Source: Lingula anatina (lineage: Eukaryota; Animalia; Brachiopoda). From it: 64,000 nt of DNA. The stretch spans positions 721,721 through 785,720 of the forward strand of contig CM120648.1 in NCBI GenBank assembly GCA_051362555.1, in the 5' to 3' direction. The notes under the pieces were generated by a model. It did not search any database. It had not been told where the DNA came from and saw only the letters and a list, made by a program, of their open reading frames with translations. How positions within the stretch are numbered: position 1 is the stretch's first letter; every line of letters begins with the position of its first letter. Position numbers and translations under genes: made by a program. Positions 1 to 12,014 of this stretch are shown piece after piece.

Positions 1-94
1 TCCAGAACGCGACAAGAGACGTCCGAATGAGGGGAGCAGTAATTTGATACGCTTGGGTCCCCTAGTCACCGCCCACCTAACACATATATCATAT

Positions 95-102
95 AGGAGG
101 AG

Positions 103-136
<34 letters not shown>

Positions 137-335
137 GAGAGAGAGAGTGAGAGAGAGTGGGAGGGAGAGGGAGTAGGGGAGACTCAAAAGAGAGAGAGAG
201 AAGGATGGAGAGAGAGAGAGAGAGAGAAGGAGAGAGAGAGGGAGAGAGAGAGAGAAAGGGGAGGGAGGGAGACTCAAAAGAGAGAGACAGAGAGAGATGA
301 GAGAGGGGAGAGGGAGAGAGATGCAAGAGAGAGGG

Positions 336-366
<31 letters not shown>

Positions 367-480
367 GGGAGAGAAAGGGGAGGGAGGGAGACTCAAAAGA
401 GAGAGAGAGAAGGATGGAGAGAGAGAGAGGGAGAGAGAGAAGGAGAGAGAGAGAGATGGAAGGAGGGAAAGGAAGGGAAG
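95..480. repeat. (GA)n-rich purine microsatellite with a recurring GGGAGACTCAAAAGAGAG unit
   Basis: Long AG dinucleotide tract seen directly. The ORFs listed over it are low-complexity artefacts. Confidence 0.95.
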
Positions 481-1732
481 GATCTTGTTTAGTGTACTAC
501 ATGATGTGAAAGGGGCCTATACATGTTACATGTAGTCTTTGGCCCGAAGACTTGTTTATTGTTGCTGCACTGTCGGGTTTTGTATATTGTGTCGTTTAAC
601 AAGGCAAAAACTGCTTTGATGAAACGCACAGAACAACAGCAAATATAGTGAAATAGATGACCATGTCTTAAGAAAATTGAGTCTTCTCATACAACATACA
701 TATATCAAAATACTGTGTATAATTAATACGATTAAGGATCATTTATCCCTTGAGACCTTTCCATTCCATGACAAATTGTCAAGATATACTTTCATCGCTT
801 AAATAAATCTAGAGGACGGACAGTTAGGAAACGTGTGGAATTTTCATCGAAAAATATCTTTTTCACATGCAACTAATACAATTTCAGCGCGGAACCCTTT
901 CCTTTTATTTTGACAAAATGACGCAGGAAAGAAGGCAAATTAGTTGCGGCCATGAGAAGAGGAATTCACAAATGCCTCCCCTGTGCCTCTGCGTATGTCA
1001 CTTACTGTGTTCTGACTTCGATTTATTGGATTTGCGTTTCTAGATATAGAATTACAAGTCGCTGATTTTTAGATAACAACTGACGACTCCTCAAACACAT
1101 ACGGATAACGCCTGCAATGGTTATTCTCAAATTCTCAAATTTTTAATCACACAGTCGCGATTCATTACGAGGTAAAAAGCTTGTAACTTGCCTGAGGCAG
1201 ACACGGCGTTTTCTCCTTGGAAATAGAACTAGATTAATTCTTATGAAATGTCTGCGCATGCCCTACGGGGTATTTCTCAGTTGGGATAGAAAACCTCGGC
1301 ACTTTTCTTCGCTTTGTTAACGGCCTGAACGGCAGCATAGAACATTTCCAGGAATGAGGTGGGGGTACGTACTGTACTGGCTGTATTCTCTTCTGTGTTC
1401 CCCCCATTGTAACATACACTGACAGATCTGGGATATCAAAAGCCTGGCGAGGGGGGGGGGGTCTTCTTTTTTGTGGTTAGGGTAGTTGCTTATACACTGG
1501 CGACAAAAGATTGGTTCACCTTATGAGATTTTTTCCTTGCCATCGGTATTGATAGTAGTGTTTAAGACTTCATTCACTGGTTTTTCTTACGTAAGTTAGA
1601 AGAAATATGCACACGTGTACCCCTGTGTCACACCGTGCCCGCGCGTGCTTGGAATAAAGCCACGTAGTCAGGATATTATAGCTAGCCAGGGCATAAATAC
1701 TTTGATTCTTGTCGTTAACTATTCTAATCAAT

Positions 1733-1780
<48 letters not shown>

Positions 1781-3449
1781 CGCCTGCACGAACACAGACC
1801 TTAAAAAGATTTTCTTTCCATACGTCTTCAAACTGACGGGGAAACTGTTAACAGAATTTCCAGAGATGTGTTTTTCAATGGCACTGTCAATCATGACGCA
1901 CCTGTGTGTCGGCCCCGCCCCCTCTCTATAGCTTAAGGTGGTCGTGTACTACTCCACGTTGCCAGTAAATGACGACCAAATCTGCAAAAACAGTACCTCT
2001 AGTACTACATGTCCGATCGGATAATTCAAATTTCCTGCAAGACCTTCTGACCGATGACCACAGAGCAGGGCTGAACCGTCCAAGAATTCAAGACTGAAAC
2101 ATGCTTATAAGTTATTCACAGTGTAGCCATATTTGAGATTTTCTTGGACCCCAAGGCAATTAGAGATAAAGTAGTAAAAAGTTACGAAAATACGCAAGAG
2201 GCAGCTCACACGTCAAACGCCCGCCCATATATTTATATTTTCAGCACGGAATGCTAAAAAAGGCATGGATAGTATTTTGATCTATCAAATCTGCATCATT
2301 TGTGCATTTTTGAGGGAATTCCTGATAAACTATTAATGATGAGTGTGGTAATGATTTTCATCCTTATATATACGCTATGTAAAGCCACAAATACCTTTTT
2401 TCGCATTCTATTTATTCTCTATTTCTTCATTCTCCTCTATCCGTTCTCTTCTCTCCTTTCTGTATCTACTCTTGCCAGTCTCCTAGGTTTAAATACATGT
2501 ATAACATGCTGCTGCTATCATCCACAGTGAATTCACACACCAATCAATCTCATCCCATGTTTACAAACACTCCCATCTTTTACTCTCACTTCATGCAAAT
2601 CAATACTTAACATTGCATAAGCGTCAGGTCATCTCGATCCTATCCCCCTCGCCCCCCCCCCCCCCCCCCTCTCAAGTACGACAAAATGAACGTAATTTGA
2701 ATTAAACTTTTTAATAATCAGGGTATGTTAATTGAGTTGAATACTTATTTGAATGATCTTGCTTGGGTGCCTGGTAGCCAAAGTATTTTGTTTAAAATTG
2801 ATTTTCTGGTTTCGCGGTAAGTTCTGATTCCGGGAACGTAATAATATAAAATGAAGTTCGAGGGGCCTGCATATGTTTACAACGGGAACGCAAAAGGCGG
2901 AACTGAAAAATGCTTTCTTTCTTTATTTTATGAAAAAAAATCTATAATTTCGTTTTGTTTTCTGAATTTTAAAAATTATTAATTTATTAGTAATTAATAA
3001 ATAATAAACAACATACGATGTTTTTTTTTTTTTTTTTTTTGTTTTTCAGTAAATTTTCTTAAAATGGTATTTTTAGTTGAAATGTAGTTTATATGTTCTC
3101 CCAAACACCAATATGTTTAAAAAGCCGTAGGAGTGATGAAGTTCTATTGCGCAAGCTCAGGTATTTTCTGCCAGCCAGACAAGAGGGTGGGTGCACACTT
3201 TCACTTTAGTTTTGAAGCGTTTTAAACCTAGATGGCGACGTACATGTAAATAATTTCACACAATTTTCATGTGCCATATAATATCAGAAAAAGTCCTCAA
3301 AACCTTATCCTTTCTATAACATGAATGTAAATATAAATGTAAATGTTAATGAAAATATTTGATGATAGTTTAATTTGAATAAATGTCTTCATCAAACATA
3401 TTTTGTAGTCTTGATTATGCGCGCCACCTATGAATCAAGCATGTGACCT

Positions 3450-3457
3450 TGACGTCA
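3450..3457. promoter_or_regulatory. Palindromic CRE (TGACGTCA) about 60 bp upstream of the TPRG1L ATG
   Basis: Exact CREB/ATF consensus close to the start codon. Function is inferred only. Confidence 0.35.
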
Positions 3458-3519
3458 TTTTCCACATTTGATGTCAACAAAGTTCAGTTCCAGGGAACTC
3501 ATTCGCATTTGTCAAAAAT

Positions 3520-6500
3520 ATGATGGAGGCACAGGTTAACGACGACAGGCCAACTCAAGGGCCGGAATTCGACGGTGCCAGACTAGAAATTCATGGTCCG
3601 GAAACAAGGGAAAACGTCCCGAGTGTCGACTTCAAGGGACCTAATTTAAGCCAAGGGAAAATGAATCGCAGTATGAGCGTCGGAAGTGGAAACGGTCGAA
3701 GACCAAATTTCACTATGACGGATTATGCTTTGAAGTCTTACTTCTGCTACAGAGTAGGTGCCTTCTTCTCAAGTTTCATTTCCAAAATAAACGTGTTTTA
3801 GAATAAGGTTAACGTAGTCTTGAAATGTCATAACGATATCAAAGTCGTTGAAAAAAGTAGCCCTGCCTCTTTTGAATTCCCATGCGCCATACTCAAACAC
3901 TACAGTAAGCCTGAAGGAATATCATAGAATTACTAACAACGCAGAGACAGGTCATTAACTTGACAAATTTGCAGAATTAATTAATTAATTAATTAATTAT
4001 TATAAAGACCCACCTACACTCGTTGTGCGATTTGTAAATATATATATAGATATATATGTGTGAAAAAAAAAAACAAACAAACATAAATTGCATTCAGGCA
4101 TTCTGTCACTTAATATATATACTGCGCAGCTATAGTAGTGGAAGTTGGACTAAAAACCGTTCCAAATCAGCCCTAGTCTTGCCAGGCATGTATTACACAA
4201 TCAAAAATACAAATGGAGCTTGTTTATATATTTGTTTATTTCAGGACGGGTCCTTTGAGAACGCCGTGGAGGCCTGTAAAGAGTCGGTGGTCAGTGAAGA
4301 GCTGGACGGTCAGCTGAGAGGAGCGTGGCTGCTTACGGAGTAAGAGATTTATTTTTCTGATGGATGTGCCTGTCTGTGTTTAACATGATGGGTGTGTGTA
4401 TGGGCGCGTGCTTTTCCCAGAGGTGTCCAGCTGTCTATAAAAATTATATAAACTTATTACTAGTGCAAAATTTTTGGGTTGGTTGCATGGGCTTGCTTGG
4501 GTTGAACTCCCTTACATACTGTACTAGTATTTAAATCGATGACCAGGTTAAAGATTCATATTTTGGACTCCCTTTACCCCAAATCCAAGGGAAACTCCCT
4601 GTATATAATATGTATATTTTTAAAATTTTTTGTTCATTTGTGAAATTGAATCAAATTAGTGTATAGATTTAAAAAAATATATGTTAAAGGGGATGTGAAA
4701 AAGGGCAGGGTTACCAGTTTACCCTCCCCCTCCCTGAATGACCTTTATTTACCTTTTCAATCATGAAAAGACCTCACATACTCCAGCAGATTAACTAGTT
4801 AAACACATTAGCAAAGTCAACAAAGCTGAAACCTCTATGAATATCATAATGTCAATAAATGGGCTGTATGTACTAGCAGGTGCTCTATAGTGGTCATATC
4901 CTTACTAATCTGTATATGATTTATATACTGTACATGTATATTCTTCCTTTTATCATGTGCATTTAGCATATTACGAAGATATATCCATGTGTATGTCCTG
5001 TAGGTGTCTGGGGCTCTATAGGAATATGAATCCTACAGGACTCTACAGATTTCCTATATACGACTTGCATTATTCGTCTCGTTTTCGATATTGAGCGCAA
5101 TGCATTGTGGGTAAAGTGGGACCCATCTTGCGTTGCCGCCATTTCTGTACACAGAAATAAAATGCCTCTCGACGGTTCTATGTGTTTTGTGCCTGTTTGT
5201 TTCAACAATACGGAGCGAGATCGAATTTTTTCATTTTATGCTTTCCCCAAGGACCCAAAAAAGAGAGGTATATGGATTGACAGTATTGGACGAGCGGGAA
5301 ATGAAGGCAAATTTAGTAAGTTTGAGCCCGCCAAGCATCACCGTGTGTGTAGTGCTCATTTTGAAGGAGGGAATAAATCGTATTTGGGTGGGAGACCAAC
5401 TATATTTTCACTCAAGAAATCGAAGATTCGTAAGCCCCGAAAAAATTATTAGACATTTAACTGTTGAAAACTCTGAGACAAATTTTAGTGAACCTGGCGG
5501 CAAGTGAGAAGTTGAACAGCGAGGACGAAAATGGCTTCTCAAATACAGACCACGATGCCTACTGCATTGTATCAGATGCAGGCTCAGATGCGCTTTTAAC
5601 GACAGTTAAGGAAAAACAACATATTATTTTCAGTATGGAACAGAAAATCCGATCTTTAGAAATTTAACTTTCGGAAACAACTAAGAGTGGAATTACAACG
5701 AGCAAAAAAAAAAAAAAAAAAGATGCATAAAGAAATAGTGTGACAGAGAAAAAGTACATACAATGCTGGAACAACTGTCCAAAGCACATGAGGCAGTTGA
5801 CAAACACACTTTCAGCATAAAGTTTATGCACAACAAACCTGAAATGGTTAAATTTTACATCGGTCTTGAAACCTACAAGGAATTAAAAATTTTCATGACT
5901 TTTTATACCCTGACATTACCTCAGTATAAAAAAATGGCATGAAAACTGTCATGTGAAACTTTGGTTTGATTTCACAGCAAGGTTAAAGCTGGTTTTAGTT
6001 TTACTTTGGTTTTAGAGTATTGTTATCGACATTGCTTAGACCTGAGTAAAACTAAAACCAGGTTTAAACCTGACTGTGAAGGAGTATTGAATGGTATATT
6101 ACTTATGCAAATAACAAAAAAAAAGAGAACACTTTTACCAAATATCTCATTTTTATTATCAAAATGCACTTGAACATATCTAGAAAATGTTTAAAACATT
6201 GCATTTTAAAACATGAATCAGAAATATCGTAAGGTACCTTGGAAAGATATTTCCAAGGCAACATCATTGGTTTTATTATGCAAAATAAAAATGTGAAACG
6301 AAATATTAAATTGTATTTATTAATAGGCAAATATTAAAAAAAAAACGGTTTGGGCATTCCCTTCAAGGACTTGGTCCATTCTCCACTGTCTTGATTCAAA
6401 CTTCAATCTGGTAGGCCTACTTCTAATTTTCTCTGCCGTCTGGATCCAATATTTTGTTTCTCTCTCTATCCTCACTGTACAGTTTTCACCTATAAAACAA

Positions 6501-9500
6501 GTAAAAAATTTAAAAGTCATGAAAATAGTTATTAAAGTCATCATCAACACATCTATAACAGTGATTTATTTACATACATACATATTAGACTGATGACAAA
6601 ACAGAAAATTGACATGACTAGTCATTTTTTTTTAACCGAAATCTACCTGGATACACAACAGAAAGATAATGAAGAAGAACAAATGATAGATGCACTGATA
6701 TTGACAGCGAGCTTGTACTAATTACCTGTACAGTGCACTAGCCCACCTCCGAGATTGTATCAGATAACTGCTTGAACCAGGTGACAAATTTATCTCCCCA
6801 ATAAATGACTCAGGTGAACATAATTACATAATGACCACATTAGGGTTTTGTATTTGGTCTTGTATTTAAGAAAATATCGTGTAACATACCTTTTTATCAG
6901 CTCTTCTTTTTTGCCTGATGTGTGGGCATCCTACATTTTAACCAACTTTTCAACTCCGGCATCGTTGTCGCCTCAAATGGCTTGTTTAATATCGCCCCCG
7001 GCATGTCTTATGCTTCCATCATGTGTTCCTATCGCTGTCAACAACGCTTCTGGTACTATTTTGACCCCTGCAGTGCACAATTCCGGTCATGCGCATATCG
7101 CACCTTTCGAATAATGCAAGTCGTATATAGGAGTCAACCTGTAGGACCCTACACCTTAGGAAGTTTTCTTAAGGAATATTACAGCCTTTGTAAATCGTGC
7201 TTTCAAATAAAAAGTATTCATAAATAAATATTAAACTTATATACCAAATTTATTTATTTATTTATAAATTATACAATACACAGATTAACCTGGGGTTGAC
7301 CTCTCACTTCCTTTCTTTCAGAATTGACCACTGGGACGCAGAGAAAGAAAAAATGGTACTCCTCACAGAAAACTCCCTGCTTATTGTGAAGTATGACTTT
7401 GTAGCCATCAAGATGTTGAGGTTTCGCAGGGTGATGCTGCACCTGCTGGATACCATAGAGGTGGGAGAGATAGTGTACCCAGACAAGTCTATTATGCCGT
7501 GAGTATTGTTATAACACCTGTAATTTATTATATGGCAATCACTCAATGTTTTCATTTGGGGACAATTGCAATTTTTTTTCAGGTACTGTAATTTTTTTAA
7601 GTCACAAATTCTTAAAATTAGAACATTCCTATTCAGGTGCAGACCCAGAGATATTTTCTGACAGTCTTACAAATTATCCCAGTTGATCCATCCTCCATTT
7701 TTGACCGCCTCAACAGGGCTCGACATTAGCGCCTGTCCGCCTGTCCGGGACAGGTAAAAATTCAGTTCGGACAGGTGAAGTTGCAGGGTTGGCTGTCCGA
7801 CGGACAGGTCATGTTTTGTGAGAAATTTGGAGCAAAAGTCTTTAAAAAAAACATTTTTTGTTGCATACTAACGTCTTTTATTCTCTTCCTAGACGGCATT
7901 GAAAAGAGTGACCTACTTTTGGCACAAAACACATGCAGTCGCAAAACGAAGTCTGAGTAAACTTACCGCCAAATTATGAAAGTGAACACCCTCCAGAACT
8001 TCATCAGACAAAATCTATTCACATATCAGGTTCTTTACTGAATATTTATTTAGTTCAAAATCTACATGCACTAGTAATAAAGACCTTTCCAAAAACAGAA
8101 ACTACACAAGTACTGTACTGGGTATAAAGCCAGACTGAACTGGATGAACTGGCTAAATCTAGTTTGTTGTCAAGGCAACATACTGCCTGTCAATCAAATA
8201 CGTTGTATGCTATCTACTCACTATAGAAAGTGAAATCTTTTGGACTGAAGATCTTGTTGAAATGTAGTTTATTTGCCAAAATATAACCTGAAATTTTGTA
8301 TGATGTTTTCTTAAATGACTCTAGCACCACTTATGTTATTTACAGTTAAAAATTAGTGCTGGAATATGATAAATTAACATTGCTGTCATATACCAGAATG
8401 ATATTGATGTAAGGAAGAAATTGGTAATAACAAATATGAGAATTTAAATAAAAAGAAGGGGAACTTTTTATACTGATTTTATTTAATTCATATATAAGAA
8501 AATTCAAACACATGATAACCCCTAAAGAAGTTAAATTGTTAACATAAATATAAGTAAAGTATTATAAAATGAATATTATTTAACTTTTCATTGAACTATA
8601 TTCAAATATTATTAATTTTGAATATTTTAATAAAATTAATTTAACAGTACCCCCTTCCCACTTCCTTCCCACTTCCCACTCAGGGTATTTTTTTCCTTAG
8701 CTGTTGTTAAACTTCATGTGAATCTGTTATCAAATTGCAGATTTACAATTAGTAGACCCTGTACCCCAAATCCTAGGAGAAGCCGTGATTGGAACTATGT
8801 TAAATCAGACTTATATGCAAGATTAATCTTCAGGAGTTCACAAGTATGAAAAAACAATTTTTTATCTGAAAATAAATTCACTTTAAGGTGCATTTTTCCA
8901 GCTCATTTGATTGAGTATTTTGGTAATAAATACATTAAATGTATGACTATACATATTAATTTACGAAGTTCTAGGTATGAATAGAAAAAAAAATTGGTTT
9001 TGTTGGACAGGTTGGTTTGAAAATCGGACAGGTCAAATTTATGACCACCTGTCCGAAGGACAGGTGCTCAAAAAAGTTAGTGTCTAGCCCTGCTCAATAG
9101 AAAAAATTAATGCCCTTCAATGTAAACTTAAAATTTTGACCGTCTTTGGGAAGACTCAGAAGACGGCCTCCATCCGCCTCTGCTATTGTTAATTGTAGCA
9201 ACTAAATTACAAAGTAGTCTATCAGACAGTTCTGCTCTGTACAGTAAAAGCACTCACAGTAGCTATGTGGAAATATTTTTAATGAAATTCTGAAATTATA
9301 TATTTGAAAGATTTATTTTCTCCTTTGAAAAGATGGAGTCCCCTGTATATTGTTTTGTATACATGCCAAATTTCATCATGTGTACTGTGTAAACAATATA
9401 AAGTCATTCCCTGTCATTTTTTATAGCACATTATATAAATGAATAGAATATTTACTGCATATCACAAAAGGTTACAATGTAATCTGCAATATGATATTTA

Positions 9501-12014
9501 CATAATTAATAATTATCTCAGTAACTTGCTATTAAGAGGGAAGTTAATAAAATATAATAATAATAGTGACAATAAGATCAGACAGCCTTGTTAATGTAAG
9601 CCTTGTCTAGTTTATGGATTTGTCTGGTTGTGAATTGATCTCATCTCTCAGGGGAGTAAACAGCCCTGGCTGCTGCTAAATACATGTAGCCTCCATAATG
9701 TATAAGACTGGGTTCCCATACCTAGATTGATCTAACAGGGCCGATCCATCTCCAAGGGCTTTCTTGCAAAATTGCTTTCAGCTAAAAGCAGCTTAGATGT
9801 CTGGCATGCCTACTGAAGCTGCTACGTAAGTGATATTTTTGATTAATTACCCCTGAGCAGCGTGACAGGCAATTTAGCGAGAATCCCGTTGGAGATAGAT
9901 CGATCTACAATTAGTGTGATAGAGTCTGGAGTTGATGTCTATGTCTTGATTGCAACATTATGGTGATACAGATTCTGTAAGCCTCTTTTTCATTTTATTT
10001 ATTTTTCATTATTAATAATAATTTATTGAGCACTGAAATGTTTTTACATTTAGAGGCTCTCTAGCTACTATACATTATACATATGGAAAGATAGTAAGGA
10101 TAGTAAGTAAATGAAACAGAAAAAAAAATTATACTATACTTATTTATTTATTTATATGTTGATAAATCTAAAAAGCAAAAAAGTAAAAAAAAATTAAGTT
10201 TTCTAACATATTAATAATTGTTATTATTATGCATAGAACAAACATAGAAACAAAGGTTGATATGAATCCCCATGAGTAAGATGAATGTAGATAAGAGAAA
10301 TTGTGAGTTTAATTACTGAGTACTTGTTAGAAAAATTAATAAAATACATGTAGTGGCCTTAAATCCATATTTCTAGGGGCTCAGGTGTAATAAGGGAGTG
10401 ACTGCTACATACCTAATGATCTTGGTGATATAACCATCTGTAATATTAGCAACCGTAGGATGGGTTAACATTGTGGTCGCGGTCACATCAGATCCATCTT
10501 TGAACACAGACAATATTAGCAACCGTAGGATGGGTTAACATTGTGGTCGCGGTCACATCAGATCCATCTTAGAACACAGACAATATTAGCAACCCTAGGA
10601 TGGGGGACTGTTGTGGTCGCGGTCACATCAGATCTATCTTAGACTTGGCTTGATGACAGAAGGTCATAAAATACTATCACAAAAGAACTCCTGTCATTTC
10701 TCAGACATCCCAACCCATTTGATTGCAGATGGCCATTTTTTAAGTACTAGTAGGTCATTATGTGAGGATGACCAAATTGAATCTGATTGCAGTAGTGTCT
10801 GTTAAGTCTTTTCCTTTTAAAATCATGGTGTGAACGCGACCAAATTGAGATGCTGGTAATATTGGCATTCTAAGTGCTACACTGTACCATACCATGGCAG
10901 CTTATTGTACTTATCGTAAGTGAATGAATTCCTCACTTTTAACACTCAGCTTGCGTGGTTACTGAGATATTGATTTTTTTCAGTAAAGGGGTTACCCAAA
11001 TCTATATATTTCTTACTTGTCGGAGCAAAAACTATCTCATACTAGAGACATTAATTTGAGGATATATACGCTAGTTTGATTACTAAACAGATATATGCAT
11101 GACACTCATATATTGTTTTTTCATTTGACTTTGTACATGCATTCTGGTTGGTTTATTTGGTACATATTGTTATGTATTGCATATAGTCCACACAGGAGTA
11201 GTGTATTCAGCTACAATAATATTAATTCTCTTACTAGGAGACTGTTCACAATTGATTCTGTCGACCTAGCTAATGAACTCCATCTCCATGGGGACTCTCG
11301 CTGAATGCAATTCAGCGCAACAGACAAACACACCTGATGTTGAGTAGAAGACAGTAAACCTGGTGATTATATGAGAACATGGGATACAAGAGAATGTGTG
11401 TTAGTCTGAAAATCTGATTGCATTCAGCAAGAGTCCCCATGAAGTCATAATAATAATATTAATAAAATTTATTTACAGAGGGTAAAGTATGTTAAGTGTG
11501 TACACTTATCTTACACGTGACCTTCTGAATGGTTAGAACAAAATATTTTGTTAATGAATAAAAGTTACTTGTAATGCTCATTAGCGAGTTCAACATCATT
11601 CAGTTCTAACAGTCCCTATATTAATTACCCAAGTTACTTTTGACTCCATGTACTTGTCTCCTCTCCAGACCCAGGCAGCATGGCGGAGTGAGGCTACTGT
11701 GGACAAAAGGTAAAGAAATCAGCGCCAGTCTCCGCTGGAATCCCTGGAAGGAGGAGCTACCGTACATCACCCTGACGGACCACCCTATCAGCTACCATCC
11801 CAAGGAGGCGCAGACGATTACTTACAGGGTGGACAACTTCATGGAAGCGTTGGTGCAGGCGGTCAACCAGGCCAGACCCAAGAAAAACATCGCTGAGAAC
11901 ATTCCTGTGGAGGAGCGTAGTATCATGGTGGAAAGTTATGGCAGCATTTATTCCATGATTTGCAACCAGAGTCATCTTGGGTTCTCCCGGGAGAGAAATG
12001 GCATGAGCTTTTAA
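3520..12014 (+). CDS. TPRG1L: Tumor protein p63-regulated gene 1-like protein (hSac2-domain, Mover family); exons 3520-3753, 4245-4339, 7322-7498, 11669-12014
   Basis: GT-AG junctions join in frame and give family-typical segments [48 protein letters not shown] and C-terminal NQSHLGFSRERNGMSF*. Confidence 0.9.
5162..5900 (+). pseudogene. THAP-domain transposase N-terminus, frameshifted and truncated (no DDE core seen)
   Basis: C2CH THAP pattern: CFVPVC...FYAFPKD...W...RVCSAHF...PTIF. Downstream are a coiled-coil-like stretch and FSIKFMHNKPEMVKFYIGL, resembling the FYTGL motif of THAP-DDE transposases. Stops and frameshifts intervene. Confidence 0.8.
5971..6080. mobile_element. Small hairpin MITE nested in the THAP element
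   Basis: Imperfect inverted arms TTCACAG..GGTTAAAGCTGGTTTTAGTTTTACT / AGTAAAACTAAAACCAGGTTTAAACC..CTGTGAA. Confidence 0.55.
6345..7022 (-). pseudogene. Relic of the transposon's second, convergent gene (SAP-domain N-terminus)
   Basis: The minus strand reads MPGAILNKPFEATTMPELKSWLKCR, then a frameshift, then TSGKKEELIKR with a GT donor at 6889. A following exon-like piece contains KILDPDG and WTKSLKGMP in different frames. Confidence 0.55.
7634..9182. mobile_element. Older hAT-like MITE (outer element), split by the 7714-9092 insertion
   Basis: Degenerate ends CAGGTGCAGACCCAG ... CCATCCGCCTCTG. CTATT flanks both sides (7629-7633 and 9183-9187). Confidence 0.55.
7714..9092. mobile_element. 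Non-autonomous hAT-like element with 5-bp TSD (hAT5-type)
   Basis: TIRs CAGGGCTCGACATTAGC / GTTAGTGTCTAGCCCTG, subterminal GGACAGG/CCTGTCC repeats at both ends, and TSD CTCAA (7709-7713 and 9093-9097). Confidence 0.85.
10442..10640. repeat. 70-bp tandem repeat, about 2.8 copies
   Basis: Unit AATATTAGCAACCGTAGGATGGGTTAACATTGTGGTCGCGGTCACATCAGATCCATCTT..AACACAGAC starts at 10442, 10512 and 10582. Confidence 0.9.

Larger units (their letters stand above)
5058..7126. mobile_element. Decayed, internally deleted ISL2EU/Harbinger-related DNA transposon in TPRG1L intron 2
   Basis: Perfect inverted repeats ATACGACTTGCATTATTCG (5058-5076) and CGAATAATGCAAGTCGTAT (7108-7126), inserted in TCCTATAGGA with an AT TSD (TATA is an alternative reading). 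It contains a THAP ORF on + and a SAP-like relic on -. Confidence 0.8.

Noticed and set aside
66-509. S/L- and E/R-rich ORFs
   Set aside because: They are translations of the GA microsatellite.
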